Origin: Octopus vulgaris
Taxonomy: Eukaryota
Assembly (NCBI GenBank): GCA_951406725.2
Contig: OX597823.1
Span: forward strand, 85,622,001 to 85,686,000
Direction of reading: 5' to 3'
DNA length: 64,000 bases
The position numbers and the translations under genes were made by a program. This document shows, one piece after another, positions 12,352-23,656 of the stretch (positions are counted from its first letter, which is position 1; the number at the start of each line of letters is the position of its first letter). Under the pieces are notes generated by a model. The model did no database searches and had not been told where the DNA came from. It saw nothing but the letters and a program-made list of their open reading frames with translations.

Positions 12352-13190
12352 ATTTTATTTATTTGCCACAAGGGCAAAGGATGAGGGGGACAATACGAAG
12401 ACAGACTTAAAGTGTTGGGGTTTACATATAATGAAATGATAAAAAAAAATGAAAGAAACACAGATATTAAGTATACACGGTACACACTTAAAAATGATAG
12501 CGATATAGCCCTCTTGATACTGGAATACCTCTGAGGATAATCGAGGAACCCTACTGTCCGAGATATCTCTGAAGCCCTAAGAACAAGTGCCCTTTCCAAT
12601 TCCTTCTTTCCGACTCACAAGTCTACACTTAGAGAGGTCCTATCCACTCTTGCCATCTTCACAACTTTCACCCACCTTTCAATAAACTCACTCGAGGACA
12701 GCACTTCCCTCTCCACTCTCAATTTCCTTTTCATGTGAATCTTGAAGAAGTCAATCAGAGGTCCATCAAAGAGGAACGTATTTGTTCTCATACGTTTCAG
12801 TGTTGTCCACCAAGCAACCTCTTTCGCCACAACCACCAGGCAAACGAGGAAAACTGCCTTGCATACCCGATTGAAGGAAGGCAGCGGTGCGATCATCACT
12901 ACAGACTCGGCCGACAGATGGATCCGTCCCACACATTACAGCAGCTGTTCAACTTAACCCCACAAGTCAGCAATGCCTAGACACTGAACGAGGGCGTGGA
13001 GAACGGTTACATCACTCTGCGTGCACCTCGGACAACCCGTCTGAAAACACATCCATGCCTGCAGAGATTATTCCGAACCGGTAGCGCCTCTCAGTAGCAC
13101 TGCTAAGCCAAGGACATCTAGAAATTACCCATGATAGCTCCCGACTAAGCCCCTCCAGATGTAATGGACTAAGTCCCTTTTTGATTTGTG
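12352..13190 (-). mobile_element. L1/Tx1-like LINE 3' fragment
   Basis: CPRCTQSDVTVLHALVQC (C-X2-C-X8-H-X4-C) then AKEVAWW...FFKIHMKRKLRVEREVL...FIERW; internal stops; 3' end abuts (GAT)n. Confidence 0.75.
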
Positions 13191-13222
13191 CCAAAATTTG
13201 AAACCATTATTACAATATCACC

Positions 13223-13660
13223 AAAGCGGCGAGTTGGCAGAATCATTAGCACGCCGGGCAAAATGCTTAGCGGAATTTCGTCCATCTTTACGTTCTGAGT
13301 TCAAATTCTGGCGAGGTCGATTTTGTCTTTTTTCCTTTTGGGGTCGATAAAATAAGCAACAGTTTCGCACTGGAGTCAATGTAATCGACTGGCCAACATT
13401 CCCCCACCAAAATTTCAGGCCTTGTGCCTATAATAGAAAGGATTATTACAAACAGCACCAATAGGGCGAGCTGGCAGAATAGTTAGTACGCCGAACAAAA
13501 TATCTAGCGGCATTTCATCCGTCTTTACGTTCTGGATTCAATTTTCAAGGAGATTGACATTGCCTTTCATCCTCTTGGGGTCGATAAAATAAGTACCAGT
13601 TGAGCAGCGGGGTCGATGTAATCGACTAGCAAAACCCTGTCCAAAAATTTCAAAAATTTC
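13223..13660 (+). mobile_element. Two tandem SINE family A copies
   Basis: gcggcgag(c/t)tggcagaa...gagttcaaattc...ggggtcgataaaataagtaccag consensus, seen many times in the window. Confidence 0.9.
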
Positions 13661-13873
13661 AAAAATTTCAAAAATTTCAAAGGGTAGTGCAAACAGACAC
13701 ACTCATTCGTTTCTTCGCAAACACTATATCCACCTCCACCACAAACAACAACAACAACAACATTAACAACATCATGCCATCACTACCACCACCACTGACA
13801 CCACCACCAACACCACCACCACCAACAACAACAGCAACAACATCAAAGCATCACTACCATCAACACGTCCACT

Positions 13874-14050
13874 ATGATGGGATGCTGAAAAGTTCCTCGT
13901 TTTGAGTAAAAAAAAAATACGGGAGGATCAGTTATATATCACACACTTGTTGCAGCGGTCATTCACTGTAGTATAAGAGCTCAGAAGGTCAAGCCTCCAT
14001 CCAGGCCCTTCACGATACCCTTAAAGCCAGAAACGTTTCAGCACCCCCCA
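13874..14050. mobile_element. Mariner-derived MITE (decayed)
   Basis: Imperfect TIRs gggatgctgaaaagttcc / gaaacgtttcagcacccc; internal minus-strand DRCNKCV resembles a mariner C-terminus. Confidence 0.5.
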
Positions 14051-14790
14051 CATAGGCTATATCAGAAACAAACATGACAATCTCTGCGCTCAACATTCTC
14101 CACTGCAGATCATAGACTTCACCATCACTATAACCATCTTTATCTTTTCTATCAGCGTGGCCATCACAAGTGCTTTAATCACCAAGCTCTGTATATTCAT
14201 TTCCTCTGTACAGCTTACTGTCACCACCTCCACCATCACTTGTACTACCACGCCAACCTAACCACAAACTCTATTGTCGATGGCTCTCACCACTTCCAAC
14301 ACCAACCCTACTACCTTTTTAAATATAGAATGTGCAGCGACCTTCCACGATCTTCCACGGTCTTCCACACTACTCAGACCTTTTTTACAAATCACAATGA
14401 TCACCGCTAAAAATGAAACTACAACAATGAACATCAGAACTACCCTTCTACAGTTCTCATCCTCTTAACTCCACCATTCCACAATACTGCCATTCTTCAA
14501 AGAACACCACCACACCATCACATCGCCACAGCCCCTACTTCTCATCAAAAGCATCGCTTCACATAAGCTCTCCTCACTTCACCGTCTCCGTCATTCAACA
14601 ATTCTGAATCAGATCGCTGCCATCATTTTCCTATTCGTATTCAAAAGAATTTTGTTTGTTTTACTGTTTTAATCTTTTTTTAACTCATTGAAGTGATTTT
14701 AAACGTATTCATGATTTCCTATGTGGTTTCTCTGTTACTTCCATATACTCTTCCCTTTATCATTGTGAAGGTTATTATTCCAAGTGTTAG

Positions 14791-15370
14791 TAAGGCGGCG
14801 AGCTGGCAGAAACGTTAGCATGCCGGGCGAAATGCGTAGCCGTATTTCGTCTGCCGTTACGTTGTGAGTTCAAATTCCGCCGAGGTCGACATTGCCTTTC
14901 ATCCCTGCGGGGTGGATAAATTAAGTACCAGTTACGCACTGGGGTCGATATAATCGATTTAATCCGTTTGTCCGTCCTTGTTTGTCCTCTCTGAGTTTAG
15001 CCCCTTTTGGGTAGTAAAGAAATAGGTATTTCGCCCGTCTCTACCTCTCGAGTTCAAATTCTGCTGAAGTCAACTTTGCCTTTCATCCTTTCGGGGTCGA
15101 TAAATTAAGCACCAGTTGCGTACTGGGGTAGATATAATCGACTGGATCCCTCCTCCAAAATTTCAGGCCTTGTGCCTATAATAGAAAGAATTATTATTCT
15201 AGCGTTAGTAAGGCGGTGAGTTGGCAGAATCGTTAGCTCGCTGGACGAAAGGCTTAGCGGCATTTCTCCCGTCGCTACGTTCTGAGTTCAAATTCCGTCG
15301 AGGTCGCCTTTGCCTATCATCTTTTAGGGGCCTATAAATTAAATACCATGCCAATAGTAGAAAGGATTAT
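14791..15370 (+). mobile_element. SINE family A cluster (two headed copies plus one headless)
   Basis: Family A consensus from 14791, 15025 and 15209. Confidence 0.9.
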
Positions 15371-15464
15371 TACTAGTGTTAGTATATGTATGCATATGTA
15401 TATGAACTGTAGTGGCAAAGAGAAAATTATATTATTATTTGGTACCATAAGTACCAGTTGAGCA

Positions 15465-15690
15465 CTGAGACGGATACTGTTCCGATAGAGGCGATAAGAA
15501 CTGCCAGGGAAGAGTGGTCCGTGGTCGACCTGAAGACGCTTCTCCAGATCAGACCCGAAAACATTAAAAAATCCCGGACCGCATCCATCTCCAGAACGGG
15601 ACGGGGATACATATCATGACCGAGGGCAAAAGGCCTCATCGTTTTGCGTGTGTAAATGCGACTCACTTCCGAACTCGGTCCCCTGGCAGG
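15465..15690 (+). pseudogene. Possible LINE ORF1 (gag-like) relic
   Basis: IPDRIHLQNGTGIHIMTEGKRPHRFACVNATHFRTRSP has CX2CX4HX4C spacing, with two Cys codons each one substitution away (cgt, tcc). Confidence 0.4.
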
Positions 15691-15942
15691 AAAAAAGTGC
15701 AAGGGTTCAAAGGCCTCAATTGCTGCCTACACCGGGATGAGGATCACAAACAACACTACCACTGGCAAAGCCACCAGCAACGACAGCATATGTATTAACC
15801 ACTCTAGAGGGGAACAAGGAAATATCCCCCACACACTTACACCAAGGAAACATACACACATAAACAAGATTGTAAATATTTTTATTTAGGTACTGAATAC
15901 CTGGTAAAATTAGTACTGATTTTATCCTATATCACTATAACA

Positions 15943-15990
<48 letters not shown>

Positions 15991-16027
15991 TACATATATA
16001 CATATATATACATACATATATATATAT

Positions 16028-16078
<51 letters not shown>

Positions 16079-16083
16079 TATAA

Positions 16084-16186
16084 AGTTAATCCAAACATGA
16101 AAACACAAAGAGAAAACACAACAAGCGTGAGGCCGTGGAATAAGTATAGTGTTATTGGACGCTCAGGAAAGAAGGAAAGAAGAGGG
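16084..16186 (-). mobile_element. PLE1-related 3' tail lacking its hammerhead, fused to PLE2
   Basis: Reverse complement ccctcttctttccttctttcctgagcgtccaataacactata...tggattaact matches 26831-26930. Confidence 0.8.
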
Positions 16187-16476
16187 TGCAGAATGCTCAA
16201 ATGAAAGAAAATTTATAATAAATATGAGAAATTGATAAATGAAAGAAAGTATATAAAATTGATAAAATATATATTTATTCAACCGGTTTTCGTCATTGTA
16301 TGACTTGTCAAGAATATTTATGTTTTAAAAAGTTTTTTTTTTAAAATTAGAAAGGGGAAAAAAAGAAAATTGCATTGTTTTTTGTAAAAGAATAATGATA
16401 AAAATGTACAAAAATTAAAAAATAGTTCTCCGATACATTGTGAGTTCGTTGTGTATCTTGAGTTTTATGATTGTTT
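16187..16476 (-). repeat. PLE2 3' pLTR
   Basis: Near-identical reverse complement of 20630-20898. Confidence 0.92.
16276..16316 (-). ncRNA. Hammerhead-like motif, U3-A8 core variant
   Basis: UAUUC-UUGACAA-GUCAU(ACA)AUGAC-GAA-AACCGGUU-GAAUA. Confidence 0.6.
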
Positions 16477-16946
16477 ACGAAAAAATTACCTTGAGGTGTT
16501 AAGATCCAAAGGGATTAAGAGCATGTGTTGTGTGGTGTTAAATTCAGCATGTTGCAGGACAGGAAGTAGTAGTAATTGTGGTCCTGGTTCTTCAATTCCT
16601 GTGTTGTGAGTAAGGGGAGACAACTCTTTTGAGTTCTTCAATAAAACCCAAATTATAAAATTATCATTTTAGCTTCATTTGCGTTATCTTTTTTATATAA
16701 TTGCTTGTTAACTTAACTTTCAGATTTTAACACTTTATTTATATTATTTTCTAATTATATAAATCTGCATAGACAATTGCATTTCAAATTGTCATATCAT
16801 TTATAATAAAAATGATAGTAATAACAACAATAGTAAAAATGATATTTAAAGAATATAAGTTTTAGCTTGAAGTGATGAATGCATGGTATCTTTATATATT
16901 TGTGTTAGTCCATCCATGAAGAGTGAGGTAGAGAATGGAAGTTTGA

Positions 16947-19250
16947 TCAACGAGGAGTTTGCATATTAAGTTGTGTTTGGAATTTTTCAATAAAGAGATT
17001 CTCCTTGTTAATTCTCTCCTGTGTGGTGATCCCGTCTTTACATTGGTAGAAGGGGAATATATAGAATTTGGGGTTTAAGTCTTTAGCACATGAGTCTAAG
17101 TGGTCACTCAGTGGAATTTGTCGGTATTCCGGGAGATTTATTTGTTCTTTATGCACCGTTACTCGTTTACGTAACGGGAGACTCGTTTGTCCAACATAAT
17201 TATGTTGGCAACCAGCGCATGTGAGAACGTAGATAAGGTTCTCGGAGGAACAGGAGAAGTTAGTCTTGATTTTAAACTTCGTACCTTGTTTGAAGGTAAA
17301 TTCAGAGCCTTCAAGTAGAAAGGGGCAGGTACCACAGTTTGAGCGTGCACATTTTTTTACTGTTGGGGGTGGATGTGGTGTGTGAAGTTTGGCATTTGTC
17401 AAGAGTTTTTTTAAAGATTTGTGTTGCCTTTTGCATTTGAGGATTTTGTGTGTATTTATAATGTTTTTCATTTTTGGGTCTGTTGACAGTAGACTGAGGT
17501 TTTGTATGATTGTGGTGTATGCTTCGATATTTTTGGGGTTGTGGGTGGAAATGTATGGAAGTATTTTGAGGTTGTGTGTGGTGTTAGGTTGGGTGATTTT
17601 CAGTGTAGTGTTGTCTAGTTCTTTGGCGCGTTTTATTCCATACTCTATAAGGGTGGAGGGATATTGACGTTGTAATAGTGTTTTTTTGAGGTCTTGAAGG
17701 CGTATTTCTCGTGTTTTTGGATCCGAGACAATGGTGCATACCCTTTTAGCTAAATTGAAAGGGATATTTGTCTTGGTGTGTTTTGGGTGGCATGAACTAA
17801 AGAGGAGGTATTGTTGTGAGTCTGTAGGTTTGTGGTAGATGTCTGTTATGATTTGGTTCTTAGGTGTTTTTATAATTAGGAGATCAAGGAATGGGAGATG
17901 ATGTTTGCTTAATTCCATAGTGAATTGGATGTTGGGATGTATGTTGTTTAGTATGGTTTTGAATTCCAGGAGTTTTTCATAAGGTTCTTTCCATATGATG
18001 AAACAATCATCTAAATACCTTTTCCAGTTTTCCATTAGGTAGGTGTGGAAAACATGTCCAAATTTCTGGCTTGATATTTCATAGAGTGACAGTTCGAAGT
18101 AACCCATTATGAGGTTCGCAAGGACTGGTGCAGCCTTGGTACCCATCGCAATACCACATTTTTGACGGTAGTATGTGTCGTTGAAGAGAAAAAATTGTTT
18201 GTCAGAATGAACTTCTGTAATAAAAGACTTGTTAATGCGGTCAGGGAATGTCTCTGGGTGTTTTTCTAGCCAGAAGTCAATTACCTCTATACCATACTCA
18301 TGTGGATGTTGGTGTAGAGGTTGATGACATCAAAGGATACTTGCCTCCTCGTTAACTGTTTTCGGGAGGTGTTTGAGCATGTCCAGATCATCCCTAATGA
18401 AACTTTTGATGTGGGTAAGGAAAGGTTTCAAAAGGATGTCTAGGAAGTTACTCAGGCGGTGTGTTTCACAGGAGGTACCAGCCACGATGGGCCTTAGTTT
18501 TAGGTCCTCCGGTGCTTTGATGTTGATGTGGATGTCAGTGGAGAGTTTGCAGGCTTCGGTGATGTATTTGTTTTTATGGATTTTAGGAAGGCCATAAAAA
18601 AGGCTGGGCTTGCATTTGAAAATGGTGATATAATCCCTTTCTTTTTCTGTGAGTCCCTGACCGTGTTGGCGTATGAGTGTGGTGAGGTTTCTGATTGTTT
18701 TTTGCTGTTTGTAGTTGTTAATAACCTCATAGAAAATGTTATTGTTAAGCATGGAAAACACTAGGTGTTTATAAAATTCCGTGTCCATAAGGACCACAGC
18801 ACTCCCTTTGTCCGCTTCTTTGATGGTGAGGTTTTTATCCAGTTGTATGTCACGTAGGTTTTCCCATTCTTCCTTACTGAAATTGGATTTTACCTTGGTT
18901 TTGCTTGGGGTAAAGGGGAGACTCTGGATGTGTTTGCAGAAATCGTCCAGTGTTTTATTTCTCCCTTTTGGTGGTAGGAAGTTGCTTTTATTTCTGATCA
19001 ATGAATCGTCCCCATTGTTGATATCTGTCAAAGCTTCTGTTAGGCGAAGTTTTCTGCAGAATTCAGAAACGTCATCCTTGACCTCCGGGGGGTTGGGTGT
19101 TCTTGGGGTGGGTGTGAATTTCAAACCTCTTGCTAGGATGTTGATTTGGGTTGGTGTCAGTGTTTTGCTGGAGAGGTTTATAATTTTTGTTTTCTTATTT
19201 TGGGTCTGTGTTAGCGGTGGTGTTTGTATTTTTCCCCTCTGTCTAAAAAA
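16947..19250 (-). pseudogene. PLE2 RT plus GIY-YIG, frameshifted near 18150-18345
   Basis: IINLSSKTLT...ARGLKFTPTP, IKEADKG, FYGLPKIHK, LRPIV, SFDVINLYTNI, GIAMGT, RYLDD, LPFLD, CARSNCGTC, IYVLTCAGCQHNYVGQT. Confidence 0.92.
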
Positions 19251-20629
19251 TGGTTGTTGAGGTAAGGGGTTTATTCTTTGTTAAAGTTCTGGTTGTATGT
19301 GTAGGAGTGTTTTTGGGTGGGGAGGTTGGAGGGGGTAGGTAGTTGTCGTATTTGTGTTGGTATGGGATGCGATGGTGTAAGGATTTGTGAGAAATGCGAT
19401 GGGTTTGTGGGTGTGTGTCTGGTAGATTGTATGGGGTGATGTAGGGGGGTATGTAGTTGTGGTGATTGGGTTCGTGTGGGATGTGAGGGTTTGGAGATCT
19501 GTAGGAGATGTGGTAGGAATGTGGTTGTTGGATGGGTGGACTATAGGGGGTTCGTTGGGTGGGTATTATATGTATCGGTGTGGGTAGGATGCCTTGTTTG
19601 TTATTAGTGTGAGGGAGGGGAGCCTTGAGGGGGGATAATTTCTAGTGTATGGGAGGTTCTTGAAGGTTCTAATCGGTGGGGGAGGGGTGTTAGAGTGATT
19701 GGAAAACCAGGTTTTGTGGTGGGTCTTGTTTGAGATGTTTCGGGGGGGAAAAGGTTTTTTATATGGTTGGGGGAGGTTGTGTCCTGTTAGGAGGGGGTTT
19801 GGAGAGTATGTGTATTTGAGGTGCGGTTTGGAATGGTGTTTATGGGGTACAGTGGAAGTCTGTGTTGTGGGTACTTTTATGAATGGGTTTTTGGATTTAT
19901 GGTTTAATATGAATTGTGTTTCATAGTTGAGGAAGAAATCTTTCCCAGCGTTTAAGGGAGGTTCGTTCTTCCTTTTCACATTCATCTTTCCATAGTTTAA
20001 TAACAAGTTCGAGGGGCTGTTCGTTGGTGTGTGAGGTTAGTTCTAGAAGTATCTCATCGTCTATTTTTGTGTATTTTTGTTCGTGGTTTTGTGCTCTGAG
20101 TTTTAGAAGTTCTACTTCAGTTTTCATTTTTTCCAATGTTAGTTTTTCTCTTAGGGAGCGTTGTTTTTCAGGTTCGTCTGGGATGTGTTTGATTTGGAAT
20201 TTTCGGGGTAGTATGATAGGGGAGGAGTTTAACCATTTGTCGAAAATTTCAGCTTTGTTTTGGTTTTTGAGCATGTTCCAGAAGAGAAGTTTTCTGTTGT
20301 GTAGTTTCTTAGTCCAAGTAGTGATGATCTGGTTTTTAATGCGTTGTGCTGGGGTTGAAGTGTGTTCCTTCTGTGTGTTGAGTGGTGTCTGAGGTCTCTT
20401 TGGCATTGAATTGGTAAGTAGAGTTTTCAGTGTAGTGTTGATTTCATTTAGGTTTACATCTATCTTTTCCGAAAGTAGAGTTTTCAGTGTAGTGTTGATT
20501 TCGTTTAGGTTTACATCAATTTTATCCGAAAGTTGTTGATGATGGTTGTTTTCTGAGTTGTCCCGGGATTGATGGAGAAGTTCGTCAATTTTTTTTGAGA
20601 ATGTAAGTAGATGTGTATTGAGTACTTTG
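19211..20629 (-). pseudogene. PLE2 upstream ORF1-like region (coiled-coil then Pro/His-rich), 5'-truncated
   Basis: Track ORFs 19921-20655 and 19566-20006 overlap in different frames; E/K/L-rich helical pattern; 57-bp in-frame duplication. Confidence 0.65.
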
Positions 20630-20898
20630 AAACAATCATAAAACTCAAGATACACAACGAACTCACAATGTATCGGAGTACTTATTTTTTAATTTTTGTA
20701 CATTTTTATCATTATTCTTTTGCAAAAAACAATGCAATTTTCTTTTTTTCCCCTTTCTAATTTAAAAAAAAAACTTTTTACAACATAAATATTCTTGACA
20801 AGTCATACAATGACGAAAACCGGTTGAATAAATATATATTTATATGTTTTATCAATTTCTCATTTTATTAAAATTTTCTTTCATTTGAGCATTCTGCA
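20630..20898 (+). repeat. PLE2 inverted 5' pLTR copy
   Basis: Reverse complement of 16187-16476. Confidence 0.92.
20790..20830 (+). ncRNA. Hammerhead-like motif in the inverted pLTR
   Basis: Identical to 16276-16316. Confidence 0.6.
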
Positions 20899-20967
20899 TT
20901 TAAAAAAAAATTTTTCCTTACTTATCATTTCTCCACGTGCGGTCAACACAACCCCACCATTTATTGA

Positions 20968-21015
<48 letters not shown>

Positions 21016-21036
21016 CACACACACCCTAAAGTTTGA

Positions 21037-21092
<56 letters not shown>

Positions 21093-21869
21093 ACATATAT
21101 ATACATATAGTATATATGTTTATATGTTTATACATACAGAGATATACATATATCTATATATATGAATGTATGTATGCATTTCTGTATGTGTGTATATATG
21201 TATATATCAACATACATACAGGAATACACACACATATTTGTGTAAATATATGTGTGTATTTGTGGGTGTCTACAATTCAATGACGAACTGAACGATTTTT
21301 TTTATTCTTCTGTCATTCATCTTTTGTGTACAAACAAATACAACAAAAGGACGCACGTATGATCAGGGTGGGGATCAGAAACATTCAGATTTATTTTACC
21401 TTCACGTGTTTACTTTAAACTTCAGCAATTGTCATTACGAGCATTTCTCATTAATTGGACACTGAACTGCAGATAATGAAAACGACTATGAAGAGTGTTA
21501 CGCGTCACCAACATGTTAGAAATAACTGCCAACTGTGCCTCAAACCAAACTTTATCATTTAAAATAACAACTTTACAACTGTCAATGTAGTCCATGATAC
21601 ATCAATATGCTGGATAGTCATGACTGGAACGCCTTTCATAGCAGATCTGCCTGAGTTGATACCACCTGGAAGGAAGACTTAAATTTTATCAACTACTTTA
21701 AACGAAAACTTTACTGGGCCATTAACCTATTAGAATTATTAACTAAATATCATACATGACACGCTACTGTTTTTAAAGAATGATTAGGGTCCCTTAATTT
21801 AGTTCAAACATCTACAGGCCTATTTAACTGAAGATGCGAAACTTAAGATATTCTGCAATGTTCAAAGTG

Positions 21870-22177
21870 GAGGCACATGGCCTAGTGGTTAGAGCAGCGG
21901 ACTCACGGTCGAGGGATCGCGGGTTCGAATCTCAGACCGGGTTATGCGTGTATTTATGAACGAAATACCTAAGCTCCACGCGGATCCGGCAGAAGGTAAT
22001 GGCGAACTTCTGCTTACACTTTCGCCACAACTTTCTCTCACTCTTCCCTCCAGCATCTTGCAGCTCACCCGAGACGGACCGGCGTCCCGTCCAGGTGGGG
22101 AACCTATACGCCAAGGAAACCGGGAAACCGGCCCTTATGAGCCAGGCGTGGCTCGAGAAGAAACAAAACAACAAAAA
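21870..22177 (+). mobile_element. tRNA-derived SINE family C
   Basis: A box tggcctagtggt, B box ggttcgaatct, A/CAA tail, 14-bp TSD caatgttcaaagtg at 21856 and 22178. Confidence 0.9.
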
Positions 22178-22677
22178 CAATGTTCAAAGTGTTCTTTTCT
22201 CTCCTTCAGTCGACTGCTTTCGGATCATGGTTTTGTAGCAACACAACCCTCAGTAGTATCGTCGATCCTAACAAAGCCGGGATACGATTCAGGTCAGTAT
22301 GTTTTTTATCGATTACTATTAATCGGAAATCTAGATCACGCTTTGAGAATGGATAAAGTAAGTCAACTTTTGGTATTACTTTAAACCAGTAATCCAAAGC
22401 ATTAACGTACACAAAACATATATATATACACACACACATACATACACGCACACAAATATATCCATATATATTTGCGTGTGTGTGTGCGCGCGCGTAAGGT
22501 CTTTGCGCGTGCGTACAAGCGTGCGTGTGTCTGGGCACGTTAATGCATATGCTTCAGCGTTAAGTTTCAGATGAGTGCAACGTTTATTTATTTGGGTAAA
22601 CAATTTGTTCTGAACCATTTGTACATTGAATTGTAACAGCAGGTTATTAGTATCGCTAGGCCGCGACGAAACATTAG

Positions 22678-22791
<114 letters not shown>

Positions 22792-22952
22792 TATACGTAC
22801 GTATAGGTATATATGTGTGCATACATAATATATATAAGGGTTACGTAAGATATTTGAGGACAGGTTTATGCTTATTAAAAAGCAGTTATATAACAGATAA
22901 TTTTATTTATCAATAAATGCTATGAGGATAAAAATAAACCTTCTTTTCTATA

Positions 22953-23125
22953 TTATTCAATAAAGTCACCTTCAGTTTCAACAACTGCTTCTATATGAGA
23001 TCTAAATCATCTACATGCTTGAATCAAGTGGTCCTGGTTCATTTTGGACATTACTCTGACTATGGCGGCTTTCAAACAATCTTTGGTGTTATGGGCGTGT
23101 TCATTGACCTCTCTCTCAACCAATC
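22953..23125 (-). pseudogene. Tc1/mariner (maT/DD37D-like) transposase C-terminus
   Basis: LVEREVNEHAHNTKDCLKAAIVRVMSKMNQDHLIQACR*FRSHIEAVVETEGDFIE*. Confidence 0.75.
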
Positions 23126-23656
23126 GCAGCAAAGGGCTCAAAAAGTGTTTAAATCGCACCTAATTGGTAAAATGACCAATCATTACAGATTAAGGCGCTG
23201 AGCCTTTAAAAGATAATTGTCAAATTGGTCTCACGACATATTCAAATGAAGCTACTAGCCAGTGGACAGGGAAACATCAGCTTCATAGTCAGCAACAAGA
23301 ACAGAGGAGACTTCGGCATACAGTTTGACTAAATGTTCAGATGATGCATTCACCGTGGTGAAGGTTGTGTAGGGTCAGCCTCAATTTGGGGAAATGCTGA
23401 CAGCAGAAAGTGTGATATTTGCAGCAAACTCAATGATCAACATACTTTAGGGTTTTTTTATTAGTGTTTTCCATCTTCCACAGAATAGAGTCAACCAACC
23501 CCCTCCCCATATATGTATATAAAGTTCGGGCAACAGTCTAGCAGTATGTTGTGCAAAGCACGTCCAGAGTTATTGGATACCTGATGTCATCTTATAGTGC
23601 AAATGTTCCTGCGACTGGATATATATCAGGATCGAACGAAGGCCTCTTTTAATCAC

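Larger units (their letters stand above)
16187..20969 (-). mobile_element. Penelope-like retroelement PLE2 (Neptune type) with inverted pLTRs
   Basis: RT/GIY-YIG frames, upstream ORF, 270-290 bp inverted terminal repeats, (TA)n beyond both ends. Confidence 0.93.

Noticed and set aside
11746-12599. Poly-His, poly-Met and poly-Ile ORFs
   Set aside because: Compound trinucleotide microsatellite open in several frames on both strands; no domain
17159-20392. Antisense and alternative-frame ORFs over PLE2 (and 4130-5606 over PLE1)
   Set aside because: Shadow ORFs caused by strand compositional skew
21828-21850. CTGAAGA-TGC-GAAAC as a minimal hammerhead
   Set aside because: No stem II and no credible stem I
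21870-21950. tRNA gene (also 25096, 40676, 41643)
   Set aside because: A and B boxes continue into SINE bodies, with TSDs where visible; no complete cloverleaf
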